Program-made: the position numbers and the translations under genes
In this document: in pieces, positions 19,095 to 29,093 of the stretch
Position numbering within the stretch: the first letter of the stretch is position 1
How the letters are laid out: every line of letters starts with the position of its first letter
Notes under the pieces: model-generated
Databases searched by the model: none
Told to the model about the DNA's origin: nothing
Seen by the model: only the letters and a program-made list of their open reading frames with translations
Virus record (IMG/VR): IMGVR_UViG_3300010885_020782
Span: 63,376-127,375 of that record
DNA from: a virus
Length of the DNA: 64,000 bases
Direction: 5' to 3' (one strand)

Positions 19095-19421
19095 TTATTT
19101 TGGCGTGTCGCTCTTTTTCTCACGCCAAATTACAGGCATAGTTTCTTTTCTTGGCTCTCGCTCGGCACGCTTCTTATTAGAACGCTCTGCCAACCAAATC
19201 ATAGGCATTGCTATCATAATCAGAGCCTCTACGAAGCCTTGACCTTCGGAGCGATAAGGCTTAGGTGTTTCCTCAACCACGATAGTAATTGAGCCTTGTG
19301 AGCGTTCAGGCTTTTCAGCCTTTACCTTGTGAGCCTTTGCCTTTTTCTTAGCACTCTTTTTTACAATACTCTTTACACGCTTGGCAGTTCCTAGAACCGC
19401 ACTATCAGGTAGTCCATACAT
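19095..19421 (-). CDS. Basic protein with a hydrophobic segment
   Basis: ORF track; SD; promoter TTGACT-N18-TATACT at 19451-80. Confidence 0.7.
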   Translation of the reverse strand: MYGLPDSAVLGTAKRVKSIVKKSAKKKAKAHKVKAEKPERSQGSITIVVEETPKPYRSEGQGFVEALIMIAMPMIWLAERSNKKRAEREPRKETMPVIWREKKSDTPK

Positions 19422-19544
19422 CTTGTTCCCCTTTCGTTGTTGTTAGCCCAAGTATAACACTCTCTCCCCCCGAAAGTCAAACAGGGGGTTCGGGGAGAGA
19501 GCGTGTCGTTTAGGGGGCACATAGAAAGTTTTTACTTTTTACTA

Positions 19545-19685
19545 TCAACCCCAGTTAGTTTGGCACAGTTTCCATATTAGTTCTAAGACATTGTTCTTAG
19601 CCTCATAACTCTTTTCTGTTTCCAACACTTTCGCATACTCCTCTAGTGCGAATATGATTGTGCCCTTCTCTTTAGTGTCTAGCAT
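19545..19685 (-). CDS. Mini protein (46 aa)
   Basis: Manual translation; SD AAAGGGAG. Confidence 0.55.
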   Translation of the reverse strand: MLDTKEKGTIIFALEEYAKVLETEKSYEAKNNVLELIWKLCQTNWG

Positions 19686-19810
19686 TGTTCTCCCTTTTCT
19701 TTTTAGTGTTTAGCATTTACCGCAGACCAAACCATTATAGTAATTGTCTTGGTCAATCCTCATTGACTTACCGCACTTCCAGCAAGCGACATAAATCATC
19801 ACCTTCCGCA

Positions 19811-20176
19811 TTAGCGTAGCCCTCTCACCAAAGTAATCACATTGACCGCTTTGTAAGTAAAGAGTTCATAAGAGCCTTCGCAATCGCACTTGGCTTTTAT
19901 TTCATCACCTTTGTAGTCATACATACAATCGCAGTTGTCGTGGCGATAGTAAACATAAATAGTTCCTTCGCAATCCTCTATCTTGTAGATAGTTCCGCTA
20001 ATCGCATAGTTGTTTTGATTATCTACAACATCACGAATAAAAACATCAAGAGCAGAAAAACCTTCTCCACCTTGATACATAACATCGTCAATCATCAAAG
20101 TAGTTTCATCATCATTGTAGATAGAACCCTTGTATGAAAGAGTTTCATTTACATCGTAAAGAGTTTCTGTTTCCAT
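19811..20176 (-). CDS. Acidic hypothetical protein
   Basis: ORF track; SD. Confidence 0.7.
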   Translation of the reverse strand: METETLYDVNETLSYKGSIYNDDETTLMIDDVMYQGGEGFSALDVFIRDVVDNQNNYAISGTIYKIEDCEGTIYVYYRHDNCDCMYDYKGDEIKAKCDCEGSYELFTYKAVNVITLVRGLR

Positions 20177-20262
20177 TTTAGTTTCCCCCTTAGAAAACTT
20201 GTTGTTAGATGAAGTTTACCCTACTTGCCATTTTTTAGCAAGTAGGGCAACCTCGGCGTGTC

Positions 20263-20523
20263 TTAGGCTTCGTAGGCTAGTGCGTAGCCTCTGTCGTAAA
20301 CCTTTGCGTTTTTCTTATCAAGAGCAAACCAGCGAGCCTCTTGTGTGCTTCCAAGAACAACAACCTTGCTTTGGCGTTGTGGCTTTTCTGCCATTCCCCA
20401 AACCATTGTTACCTTGTTACCCTCTAGGGTAATTTCGTAAATCTTTTTCTTACCTGACTGACCGCGACTTCCGTCGCTTTGCTTGACCAAGACCCACTTG
20501 GTCGTTGTTAGTGTTGTGGACAC
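20263..20523 (-). CDS. WGR-domain-like protein
   Basis: KKIYEITLEGNKVTMVWGMAE..RQSK resembles the WGR fold. Confidence 0.6.
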   Translation of the reverse strand: MSTTLTTTKWVLVKQSDGSRGQSGKKKIYEITLEGNKVTMVWGMAEKPQRQSKVVVLGSTQEARWFALDKKNAKVYDRGYALAYEA

Positions 20524-20694
20524 TTGTTTCCCCTTTTTCTTTTTGTAGTTGTGTCGTTGTTTTATTTAGTTGTTATTTAGTTGTTGGTGTAAGTATAAAA
20601 CTTTTTTCTTGATAAGTCAAGTTATTAGTTTTACCTAGTGGCGGGGTTTCGCCTAGTTCCTCACTTTTCTACCCTGTTTAGTTGTTGTAGGAGT

Positions 20695-20780
20695 ATTGTA
20701 GCGTTTTGGATACCATAACGCAACTTATACTCGGCGTGTCGTGGTGTGAGTTACATCACACGATTACAACCTGTGGATAA
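20695..20780 (-). promoter_or_regulatory. sigmaA promoter, GACACGCC, CRP-like box and DnaA box
   Basis: TTGCGT (20718-23)-N17-TACAAT; TGTGAGTTACATCACA (20745-60); TGTGGATAA (20772-80). Confidence 0.7.
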
Positions 20781-20928
20781 CTTTTGGAAGTTGAGGCGAG
20801 GCGGGCACCGGAGCGTGTAAAAAGTAAAAACTCTCCCCTGAGTCCCCACTTCGCAACAACCTACCCGCGAGCGCAATAAAAAAATCCCCCACCTCTCGGC
20901 AGGGGACTTTTAGGGAAGTTATCTGTAT

Positions 20929-21402
20929 CTACTTGGCACTTTCCTTTATGAAAGTTAGTAGGCAGTCGTCGCAACGAATTAGTAATTGACCCTCTGAACC
21001 AATAGTTTGTCCGCAGTCGGTGCAGTCAATTTCATAGTAAGGCGCGAATCGGAATCTTGCTCCACCCATAGGCTCATCGTGCGATGAACGCTCCGCAGTC
21101 AATTCATTACCCTCTAGTGTGAAAGTAATTGTGAAGTCGCCATTCAAGGTTACGGCGCGATGAAGATTATCGTAATCAACCTCTGCCGACCCGCTTGTCT
21201 TTCTCCATCCCATTCCTTTTCCGAATGAGATTACTTTAGAGAAGTCTTTGCCGACTCTCTTAGTCCATTCTTTCTTTAGATAATCTAAGTTATCTAGAGA
21301 GTCTTGGTAACAACCGAAGCATTCTTCGGAAGGACTTTCATCCTCATTAGTGCAATTGCAGTTACTTTCGAGAGTAACTACTTGTGTTTCAAGTGTGTCC
21401 AC
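20929..21402 (-). CDS. Hypothetical protein with Cys pairs
   Basis: ORF track; SD; promoter at 21428-57. Confidence 0.75.
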   Translation of the reverse strand: MDTLETQVVTLESNCNCTNEDESPSEECFGCYQDSLDNLDYLKKEWTKRVGKDFSKVISFGKGMGWRKTSGSAEVDYDNLHRAVTLNGDFTITFTLEGNELTAERSSHDEPMGGARFRFAPYYEIDCTDCGQTIGSEGQLLIRCDDCLLTFIKESAK

Positions 21403-21587
21403 TTGTCCCCCTTTCTTAGGTAACCGAAGTATAACAACCTATCACGAAGAAAGTCAAGTCAAGACACGAAAGTTATTGTGAAGTGCAGGACCGGCGAGGG
21501 CCCGGACTGAACAAAACTTTTTACTTTTTACTTTCATAGGGAGATGCAAAAGCCCCCGCATCTCTGCGAGGGCTTCCGCGTCAACCT

Positions 21588-21728
21588 TTAGAGATACTTC
21601 ATCGGGTCGGCATCTTCAAAGATATCTTCGATATCAGTGAAAGACCAAGTCTCCCAATTTATCTCTTTCATATTGAACTTGATACGGCAGTCTTGGCAGG
21701 TATCAAGGTCGCAATTAGAGTGTTGCAT
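21588..21728 (-). CDS. Mini protein (46 aa)
   Basis: Manual translation; SD and promoter at 21756-84. Confidence 0.6.
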   Translation of the reverse strand: MQHSNCDLDTCQDCRIKFNMKEINWETWSFTDIEDIFEDADPMKYL

Positions 21729-21921
21729 ACTTCCCCCTTTCTCTAATGTAGCCTAAGTATAATAGTCGGCTAGAGATAAGTCAAGGGCAGACACGAAAGT
21801 TATTATGAAGTCGAATGCACTTGGTTGCTGTTGCTGAAGAAAGTTTTTACTTTTTACTGTTACCGCAAAAAAAAAGAAAGAGAGCGCGGGGGGAACCGCG
21901 CCCTCTCCTTGTGGGGGAAGA

Positions 21922-22296
21922 TTAGTTGTAGAGCGAACCTAGTAGGTAGGCTGTCGGAATAATATGCTTGTCGTATGCAAGCCAGTGAGCCACTTGCTCA
22001 TCTGTTAGTCCGAGTGTTTCCCCTTCATCGTCCGCACCGCCAGTAATGATTACATTACCGAGGATAGGATTACTTGCCTTGAACGCTTCATAGTAGATAG
22101 CCGAAGCAACCATATTGAGAGGCAGACCCTCTGCAATACCATTCTCGTTGCACCACATATCCGCACCTTCAAGACCAACACATTCGATATATCCACCAAC
22201 GGCATCGCTTAGTGTCTTATATGAGTTTTTGAACTCGAACTCGACCACGGACTTTTTGCCATCTGTGTCTATAACTATTGCTTTTTGTTTTTGCAT
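21922..22296 (-). CDS. DUF3846-like protein
   Basis: AVGGYIECV..MWCNENG..LPLN..AS..ILGNVII.G. Confidence 0.75.
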   Translation of the reverse strand: MQKQKAIVIDTDGKKSVVEFEFKNSYKTLSDAVGGYIECVGLEGADMWCNENGIAEGLPLNMVASAIYYEAFKASNPILGNVIITGGADDEGETLGLTDEQVAHWLAYDKHIIPTAYLLGSLYN

Positions 22297-22333
22297 ATAC
22301 TCCCTTTCTCTTTGTTGGTGTAAGTATAACTAA

Positions 22334-22561
22334 CTATTTATTGCAAGTCAAGTCGGGACACTCCGCACACTCGCAACACTTTGCACCTTGTGGGATTAGT
22401 TGGTGAGTCGCGGGTTCGCTGTCCCCTTTATGGCAACCAACGCAATACTTTTCCGCGCAACCTAAACACACGGGATAATCAAAACGATAATCAAAACCTT
22501 CATCGTCAAAGTTTTCATTACAACGCTCGCAATAAGTTCTCTCGTCTTCCACCTCACTCAC
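22334..22561 (-). CDS. Cys-rich small protein
   Basis: GTG start; several CxxC. Confidence 0.55.
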   Translation of the reverse strand: MSEVEDERTYCERCNENFDDEGFDYRFDYPVCLGCAEKYCVGCHKGDSEPATHQLIPQGAKCCECAECPDLTCNK

Positions 22562-22772
22562 CCCCTTCCGAGAAGTGGCAAGAGCAAAGGCAACAAGTTG
22601 CCTTCGCAAAGTCGAAGCCGAATATATCGGCAAGGTATTGTGGAGAAGAAAGGCAGAGGCTGTGCTCCGCAATAGAGCAAGCATTAGTTGAAAGGCGTGA
22701 GGCAGGGACGAAGCCCTTGTATGTATAAGTTTTGTTTGTTGTTGGGTTTTTTAGGTTTTGTGTTTGGGTCAT
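22554..22772 (-). CDS. Small Cys-containing protein, apparently leaderless
   Basis: ATG 6 nt after -10 TATTAT; CRP-like box at 22827-42. Confidence 0.55.
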   Translation of the reverse strand: MTQTQNLKNPTTNKTYTYKGFVPASRLSTNACSIAEHSLCLSSPQYLADIFGFDFAKATCCLCSCHFSEGGE

Positions 22773-23016
22773 AGTTGAATAATAAACCATCAACCGCAAT
22801 AAGTCAAGTATCTAATAAACCGAAAGTGTGTTCTACATCACATAAAAAGTTCTCGAAAACATTAACATTTATTTTGCTAAGGGTTTTAGCCAATAGGCGT
22901 GAGAAAGTTGTTTGGAAGTCCAGCACCGCTAGGGGACAGCCCCGCATAGTTTTTACTTTTTACTTTCCTATTGCAAAAGAAAAACCCCGTATTTCTACGG
23001 GGCTTCTCTCTAAGGC

Positions 23017-23205
23017 TTATATTGCCTCTGCCATAAGGCAACGCATTTCTTCTTCCGCAACATCTATTGCGTATTCAAAGTTCTCCGCGTTTGCGACATA
23101 ACCTGCACGATAGGAATACTCCCCACCGAACACGCCACGCCAAAGTTCAAGATGGTTCTCTACGCGATAGAGCCTGTATTCGCCTTGCTTCTTGATAGCA
23201 CGCAT
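23017..23205 (-). CDS. Small cassette protein
   Basis: SD AAAGGGGG; promoter at 23231-60. Confidence 0.7.
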   Translation of the reverse strand: MRAIKKQGEYRLYRVENHLELWRGVFGGEYSYRAGYVANAENFEYAIDVAEEEMRCLMAEAI

Positions 23206-23387
23206 TGTGTTCCCCCTTTCTGTTGCCCTAAGTATAACCCTAGAAAGGTTCATAAGTCAAGTCAAGACACGAAAGTTATTGTGAAGTCCAGCACCGCTAG
23301 GGGTAAGTCCGCGTATAAGTTTTTACTTTTTACTGTTTCACCGCAAAAGAAAAAACCCCACCCGAAGGTGGGGCTTCTCCTAATTGT

Positions 23388-23570
23388 TTATCTGTAACCC
23401 GCAGCGTGGAGAGCCTTGAAAATATTGTTCACTCTTTCAACATTTATTTTCTCGTGCTCGTTCTCTTGCTTGTAGTTCATCATTTCAAACTCTTGAAGAA
23501 CGCAATCAAGTTGTGCTATTTGGCGTGCGTCAAAAGTTACTGTAATGGTAGTGCCTGTTGCTATACCCAT
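23388..23570 (-). CDS. Small cassette protein
   Basis: ORF track; SD. Confidence 0.65.
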   Translation of the reverse strand: MGIATGTTITVTFDARQIAQLDCVLQEFEMMNYKQENEHEKINVERVNNIFKALHAAGYR

Positions 23571-23635
23571 TTGGTATCCCCCTTTCCCTGTAAGGCAATA
23601 ATAACACTAGGTGCAACCCTAAGTCAAGTCCATTT

Positions 23636-23965
23636 TTATTCCGTGTCGTCCTCGAAATCCTCGCCATCAAGGTCGAAGAAGCCCTGTCCTATGAGAGTTT
23701 CAAAACCCTTGTTCGGGTCTGTTGGGTGAGAGTTCACCGCGTCAATAAACCTAAGACCGCAAGAACCCTCGAACCACTCTTTTAGAAGTTCTAACATCTG
23801 TTCGGGTGTTGCTTCCGCATTAGTAATAAGTGGGTCATAACCATAACCGCGCATTACCTCTACCTGCTCATCGTCCATTAGCAAGTAAATCTTGTGGCAA
23901 GTATCGAACGCAATAGCCTTTGCGTCCTGCACTCTTTCTTCTACCAAACTGTAATCAACACTCAT
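23636..23965 (-). CDS. Conserved actinophage hypothetical protein (AIAFDTCHKIY)
   Basis: ORF track; coupled. Confidence 0.75.
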   Translation of the reverse strand: MSVDYSLVEERVQDAKAIAFDTCHKIYLLMDDEQVEVMRGYGYDPLITNAEATPEQMLELLKEWFEGSCGLRFIDAVNSHPTDPNKGFETLIGQGFFDLDGEDFEDDTE

Positions 23966-24186
23966 TTCTTTTCCTTTCCAAACTCACAACGGCATTTGGT
24001 GTAATACTCACCGCAACTCTTGTGGCAAGCAAATTCATCTACAAGTCCCGACAACATCATTTCTTCAAAGTCCGAGAATTGTCCGACAATACCTTTCGGC
24101 ACATATTCCTCTACAACATCTTCCTCGTCATAGATTTCTTGCTCCCGCATAATCCAAGCGTCTAACGCTCTTTTATCAAGGCTCAT
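23962..24186 (-). CDS. Acidic small protein
   Basis: ORF track; SD. Confidence 0.6.
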   Translation of the reverse strand: MSLDKRALDAWIMREQEIYDEEDVVEEYVPKGIVGQFSDFEEMMLSGLVDEFACHKSCGEYYTKCRCEFGKEKK

Positions 24187-24452
24187 TTTTTCTCCCCTTC
24201 TTCTTTTTCTAGTAGCCCCATAAGTTCCATTTCTTCAAAGTAATCTAATGCTTCATTAGGTTCATCTATAAAGAAAAGCATTACTTACGCCTCGCAATCG
24301 TGTCCATAAGCCCACTCGTTAGCATCGTTGCTATCTAGTAGGTCAAACACTCTTGAACACTCTACGCATTTTGCTTTAGTTGAAATCTTCATTTCATTTC
24401 CCCTTTTCATTTGGTCTTGCTAAGGCAAGTATAAGACCTGCCATAGCAAAAG

Positions 24453-24689
24453 TCAAGTATTCTTTTTATTCTTTTTTGACTCTTGAAACTTTTCTTCGCA
24501 AGAGTAGTTGTAGCAAACATTGTCCTTGTCGGTGTTATACATAGAAAGTTTCTTTTCGCAGATAACGCAGAAGCGAGTGTTTTTATTTATTTGCGTTGGT
24601 GTTCTACCCGGCCCCGCAATACCGCGACCCGCGTAATGAGTTGGGCGAATATAAACTCTGCCAAACTCGTCAAACTCTACTGAATCCAT
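24453..24689 (-). CDS. Small zinc-finger-like protein
   Basis: CVIC...C..YSC; SD. Confidence 0.6.
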   Translation of the reverse strand: MDSVEFDEFGRVYIRPTHYAGRGIAGPGRTPTQINKNTRFCVICEKKLSMYNTDKDNVCYNYSCEEKFQESKKNKKNT

Positions 24690-24904
24690 TTCTTCCCCTT
24701 TTCTTTATTAGGTTCAGTAGGGGAGTCGTATTGTTTCCGCCCCTTGCAAGTTATAGGCGTTCAGGTGACCAGCGACTTTCCCCCTACTGAATACCCTAAG
24801 TATAACCAAAAGGGGAAGAAAGTCAAGTCCTCTAGGCACGACACGCCAAAGTTATTTGGAAGTTGCCCTCGCAGCGAACGCCGGCGAGCGCAAGTTTTTA
24901 CTTT

Positions 24905-25480
24905 TTACTTCTCCCCGTAATACTGAACATTTATGTAAATCGGTGGGGCAGAGTTCGGGTCAAGTTTGGTGGCAATAGTTAGGGCTTGTCTAACCAAAGT
25001 CTTAGCCGTAGATAAAGTTCTTTTACGGGTTTCCATAGTTCCAAGTAAAGAACCAAGTGCGTAGGAAGAACCTGTTCCGATAGCGTAGATACCGCTTTCA
25101 TCTCTAGCCCAAGAGTAGTCGTTGCCTATCTCATAGATAGTCCCGTTGATTACGACCATCACATTACTGTCGTTATCGCTATCTTTGGAGTAAGAGTTTT
25201 CCTCAAAACATTTCTTCATTTCAGGGATAAAGGAAGCCGTCATAAATTTGTCTAACCTTAGACCATAGGTTGAGGGGCTAATGATGGGCGGTTTGAATAT
25301 GTAGCAAAGAATATTTATGGCTCTAACATCTCCAGCCACGCCAATGATGTAGTTCCCGTTCTTGAACATCTTGCCATTATCTTTTGGAAGTGAGTAAATC
25401 TTTTCGTTCTCCTCGGTTACCCGTGAGTCATATCCAACGACAGCCCAGTTCTCCCCTTGCACGCCAGCAATAGTCGTCAT
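24905..25480 (-). CDS. Ntn-hydrolase protease, HslV/proteasome-beta-like (paralog 1)
   Basis: N-terminal MTTIAG, YDSRVT, GVAG and AIGTGS motifs. Confidence 0.8.
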   Translation of the reverse strand: MTTIAGVQGENWAVVGYDSRVTEENEKIYSLPKDNGKMFKNGNYIIGVAGDVRAINILCYIFKPPIISPSTYGLRLDKFMTASFIPEMKKCFEENSYSKDSDNDSNVMVVINGTIYEIGNDYSWARDESGIYAIGTGSSYALGSLLGTMETRKRTLSTAKTLVRQALTIATKLDPNSAPPIYINVQYYGEK

Positions 25481-25518
25481 CTTCTTCTCTCCCGTTACCC
25501 TTCAGTTTTTACTTTTTA

Positions 25519-25770
25519 CTACTTCCAGAAGCCGTCCCAGAGTTCTTCTCTAAGTTGTTCATACTTATCGCCGTGATGCCCGTTGTATTTCGCAGAAATA
25601 TCTTCACCTCTAATGAGATAGTCTAGCGAAAGAACGGCGGTATAGTCAGTATCGCCAAACATAATAACAAGTTTAGCGTCCCCGTCAGAGGGGTCATCTA
25701 CAATAGCAACAACGAAAGGCTCGCCAGAGCCGTTAGCGTGAAAGTCCTTAGCAATAATATCCATACCCAA
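25519..25770 (-). CDS. Hypothetical protein
   Basis: ORF track. Confidence 0.6.
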   Translation of the reverse strand: MGMDIIAKDFHANGSGEPFVVAIVDDPSDGDAKLVIMFGDTDYTAVLSLDYLIRGEDISAKYNGHHGDKYEQLREELWDGFWK

Positions 25771-25851
25771 AAGGGTAGGGGTTTTTTATACAGGTGATTT
25801 GGACAAAAAGAAACCCCTGCCGTTAGACAGGGGCTTCCTAAGTGTTTGCCG

Positions 25852-26049
25852 TTAGGAAACGGACACCCATTTGTGAGCCGTGCGAAGAACATTAGCGTAG
25901 TCGCCAGCCATACTTTCATCAAGGAAGCGGTTGATTTCTTCCTGTGAAACGCTTGCTCGGCGCAGAGCCGTAGCCACTCGTCCCATAATCGCAACGGCGT
26001 TGCCGTCTTGACCTGATAGCGCAACTTCTATGTGGTCGTATTTTGCCAT
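25852..26049 (-). CDS. Small conserved phage protein (GQDGNA..IMGRV..ALR..GDY)
   Basis: Recognisable small family; SD and promoter. Confidence 0.8.
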   Translation of the reverse strand: MAKYDHIEVALSGQDGNAVAIMGRVATALRRASVSQEEINRFLDESMAGDYANVLRTAHKWVSVS

Positions 26050-26098
26050 TTGGTTTCCCCCTTTCTTTCCTCTAATTTTACTCGCTTGCTATCGTAAG

Positions 26099-26221
26099 TC
26101 AAGAACCGCACTCGGCGTGTCGCCTACAATGAGTCCAGCAAGTTCCGCATACTCCGCAATGGTCTATCTGTGAGCCAACATCATAAGTTGTTTGGCAGTA
26201 GTCGCAAGAGCCAATGTCCAT
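26099..26221 (-). CDS. Mini Cys/His-rich protein
   Basis: SD AAAGGGGAAACAA; promoter at 26250-77. Confidence 0.6.
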   Translation of the reverse strand: MDIGSCDYCQTTYDVGSQIDHCGVCGTCWTHCRRHAECGS

Positions 26222-26441
26222 TTGTTTCCCCTTTTTGTTTGTAAGAGCAAGTATAGCAAAATAATTTAGAAAGTCAAGAATAGATACACACCGACTTCCC
26301 ACAAGACAGGGGAAGGGGAAGTCGGCGGAGCAGAGAAGGGTATGTCTGCTCTCATCTAGGCAAGGCAGAAAGGGGAACGCCTCGCACTAGGTGGTTCTAT
26401 TTTACACCGAAGTTTTTACTTTTTACTTCGGCAAACCGCGT

Positions 26442-26789
26442 TTAGATTTTATCCACAATGGCTATGGGGACAATGACCTCGGCAGAAATAGTTTCGCCAT
26501 TACCCGACTTTCGGGCGAACCGCCCTGTGGGGTTATCCAGCATTACAGTAATCTTGCTTCGCCTAATGCCAACAATTTGTGCTGTTTCGCCGACAAGGTA
26601 TTTAGTTCCGCAACGCTCGTTGATACGAACCTTGTCGCCAACTAGGAAGTCAGAAAGTTTTAGCGAACCGCGCTTCTCCTCAATTCGTTTATCAACCGCT
26701 TGACGCAAGATTTGTAAGTGGCTATCAAGTTCTCCACTCTCTATCTTGTCTGTAAGTGAAACAATAAAGTCTAAGTTAGTCGTCGTCAT
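26442..26789 (-). CDS. Protein with SH3/KOW-like C-terminus
   Basis: FLVGDKVRI..YLVGETAQIVGIRRSKITV. Confidence 0.7.
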   Translation of the reverse strand: MTTTNLDFIVSLTDKIESGELDSHLQILRQAVDKRIEEKRGSLKLSDFLVGDKVRINERCGTKYLVGETAQIVGIRRSKITVMLDNPTGRFARKSGNGETISAEVIVPIAIVDKI

Positions 26790-27012
26790 TTTCTATCTCC
26801 TCTCCATTTTCATCTACGACACCAATGTCGTTAGATACTTTGGCAACATCAAACCCATAGTATTCTTCCATAAAGATAGAAGCGCAACGAATAGCGAAGT
26901 CGTTATCGCTCTCTCCTTCGTTTCGCAATTCATTATGAAGAACGATAGTGGTCATTAGCGTAAAGTAATCGCCAACGAACATTACTGTTCTTGAAAGATT
27001 TATCTCGTCCAT
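26776..27012 (-). CDS. Hypothetical acidic protein
   Basis: ORF track; coupled. Confidence 0.7.
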   Translation of the reverse strand: MDEINLSRTVMFVGDYFTLMTTIVLHNELRNEGESDNDFAIRCASIFMEEYYGFDVAKVSNDIGVVDENGEEIENDDD

Positions 27013-27242
27013 TAGTTATTTAGCCTACTTATGAACTCGCCAAACTTTTGGTCAAGGTCGTCAGAGGTTGAGCCATCAGGTAAGGTGAAAAACTTTTCAC
27101 TACCTTGATAAGAGTATGTCCAAGTGCCTGTCTTCTCGTCCCAAATAGTTCCATCAGGAAACCGCACTTCTTCACTCTCAACATCAACCGACCAATGGTT
27201 TAGGTTGTCGTCATACTTCACTACGAAATGGTGTTCAGCCAT
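27012..27242 (-). CDS. Hypothetical protein
   Basis: ORF track; SD. Confidence 0.7.
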   Translation of the reverse strand: MAEHHFVVKYDDNLNHWSVDVESEEVRFPDGTIWDEKTGTWTYSYQGSEKFFTLPDGSTSDDLDQKFGEFISRLNN

Positions 27243-27302
27243 TTTATTTCTCCCTTTCTTTCTTTGACTTATTATTCCACTACCCTAGTGGAAAGTCAAA
27301 TC

Positions 27303-28454
27303 CTATTTTGCTAGGACATAAACCTTGTCTTTCATAACCAAAGGTTTGTCGTCCGGCCCCTTTACATAAGGTGCTATCCAAATCCGCTTCTTAGTATTGT
27401 CCTTGTAAGGTTGCCATCTCCAATGACCGCCGACTACCCATCTGTGCGACCAATCTATGAAGCGACCATCATCAGACTTTTCTCCACTCTTGTATTCTGT
27501 TTTGCGAAGTTGCACAACAACATACTCGCTAGGAAGTTTTGCCTTCTCCATAGACTTTCTAATTCCGCGTTGAGGTGTTTTCTTTTCAGTAGATACAATA
27601 GTTTGCGACATCATCAAAAAGTATGCGTGCATAAATCGTGGAAAGTTATCCATACCAACGAAATCGTTTTGATAGTTCTCTTTCCAATAGTCCGCGTCTA
27701 ACTCAAATTGTTCTTGTCGCTTTTTTCCGCCGACCTTTTCTCCGTGTCCAGCAGACTCAACGGAAGAGAGCAACCACTTACCAACATTTCTACGGAACTC
27801 CGCAACACTCTTTCCTGTTGCCTCTGCTGTTCTTTCTAGCATAGGCATAGAGTCGTCAGCCATTACATCAAAATTATTGAATAAGTAATAAACAATTTGT
27901 CTATCTTGCATTTCCCAAAGAACGGCGTGGATTATGTATTTGTTTCCTTCTATGTCGTTTGTTTCTACGCCCTTCTCAAAGTAAGCAAAGCCTCTAAGAC
28001 TAGGGACAAGTTCTAAGTCAAAGGTATCTGTTTCATCTAGTTGATTAGAAGCGAACGCAATTACATCTGTCATTTCGCCTTTTACTAAATAAACATCAGC
28101 CTCTTCAGTAATCGTAACCATTTCCTTGACCATAGTTTCGGCAAGGTCAATTTTTGTTTTACCTGTTCTCATAGTCCCTGTTAGAGATAGAGCCTTCTTC
28201 TCTGTATCAAAAGTAACCGCAGAACCATACTGCGCTACATTGTTTAGGCAGAATAGTTTTTGTCCATAGAAGAACAACGCACCTTTTTTGCCAGCAAGTT
28301 CTGTTTTGTATTTAGCAAAAATATCCCTAACAATTTCATCTTCTTCATCTCTGCACTTTACAGATAGGACATTAGTTAGGACATAACCCGCATTACCTTT
28401 TAGGCGCAGGTTTAGGTCGTTGAGTAGCGTAAGCGTTTCATCAGGTCTAATCAT
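27303..28454 (-). CDS. Conserved phage protein with C-terminal HRW.V.GHWR.Q..IWI.PY.KGP motif
   Basis: 383 aa; SD; promoter at 28478-507. Confidence 0.85.
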   Translation of the reverse strand: MIRPDETLTLLNDLNLRLKGNAGYVLTNVLSVKCRDEEDEIVRDIFAKYKTELAGKKGALFFYGQKLFCLNNVAQYGSAVTFDTEKKALSLTGTMRTGKTKIDLAETMVKEMVTITEEADVYLVKGEMTDVIAFASNQLDETDTFDLELVPSLRGFAYFEKGVETNDIEGNKYIIHAVLWEMQDRQIVYYLFNNFDVMADDSMPMLERTAEATGKSVAEFRRNVGKWLLSSVESAGHGEKVGGKKRQEQFELDADYWKENYQNDFVGMDNFPRFMHAYFLMMSQTIVSTEKKTPQRGIRKSMEKAKLPSEYVVVQLRKTEYKSGEKSDDGRFIDWSHRWVVGGHWRWQPYKDNTKKRIWIAPYVKGPDDKPLVMKDKVYVLAK

Positions 28455-28508
28455 TTGTTTCCCCTTTTCATACCCTAAGTATAAAACTATCTTTCCCCAA
28501 AGTCAAGT

Positions 28509-28961
28509 CTATTCTTCGTCCCACTCTTCCGAGTCTTCGTCCGAGTTTTCTTCCTTAGACTTATAGACAACTTCCTCAACAGGCATAAAGTCCAATAAGT
28601 CTAAGTCCTGCGTCAAGTCAAGAACTAGACACTCTTCGCACCTCTTGTAGTCAATAGACCTCTCAAAGTGGCGAAGTTCCTCTATGGAAACATCTAAACC
28701 ACTCTCCATCTTGGCAAGAATAATTCTTGTCCGCAAAGCCCTATGCTCTAACATATTTTGAGCATAGACATAATCTTCGTGGCGAATAAGGTCAGAGTCT
28801 TTGATTTGCTTTTCCTGTGTCTTGCAAGTCGGCAACCAAAGTGTGTCTTTATCTATGATTAGTTCGTAACCATCATCAGAAGTTTTAGTTGAGATAGGTT
28901 CGTAACTATGTAGAACTTTGCTAGTTAGTGGGTTGTGCGTGTATTTTCTTTTGTTAGTCAT
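28509..28961 (-). CDS. Hypothetical protein
   Basis: ORF track. Confidence 0.65.
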   Translation of the reverse strand: MTNKRKYTHNPLTSKVLHSYEPISTKTSDDGYELIIDKDTLWLPTCKTQEKQIKDSDLIRHEDYVYAQNMLEHRALRTRIILAKMESGLDVSIEELRHFERSIDYKRCEECLVLDLTQDLDLLDFMPVEEVVYKSKEENSDEDSEEWDEE

Positions 28962-29093
28962 AGTGCAACCTTATCAAATAGTTTTTGGTTTTGCAACTTA
29001 TCTCTCCCCTGCGTGTCGTTTGTGTTTTTACTTTTTACTATCCCTGTTTTGTAAGAAACCCCCCACCCTTTCGGGTGAGGGGCTTCCTCGCAA

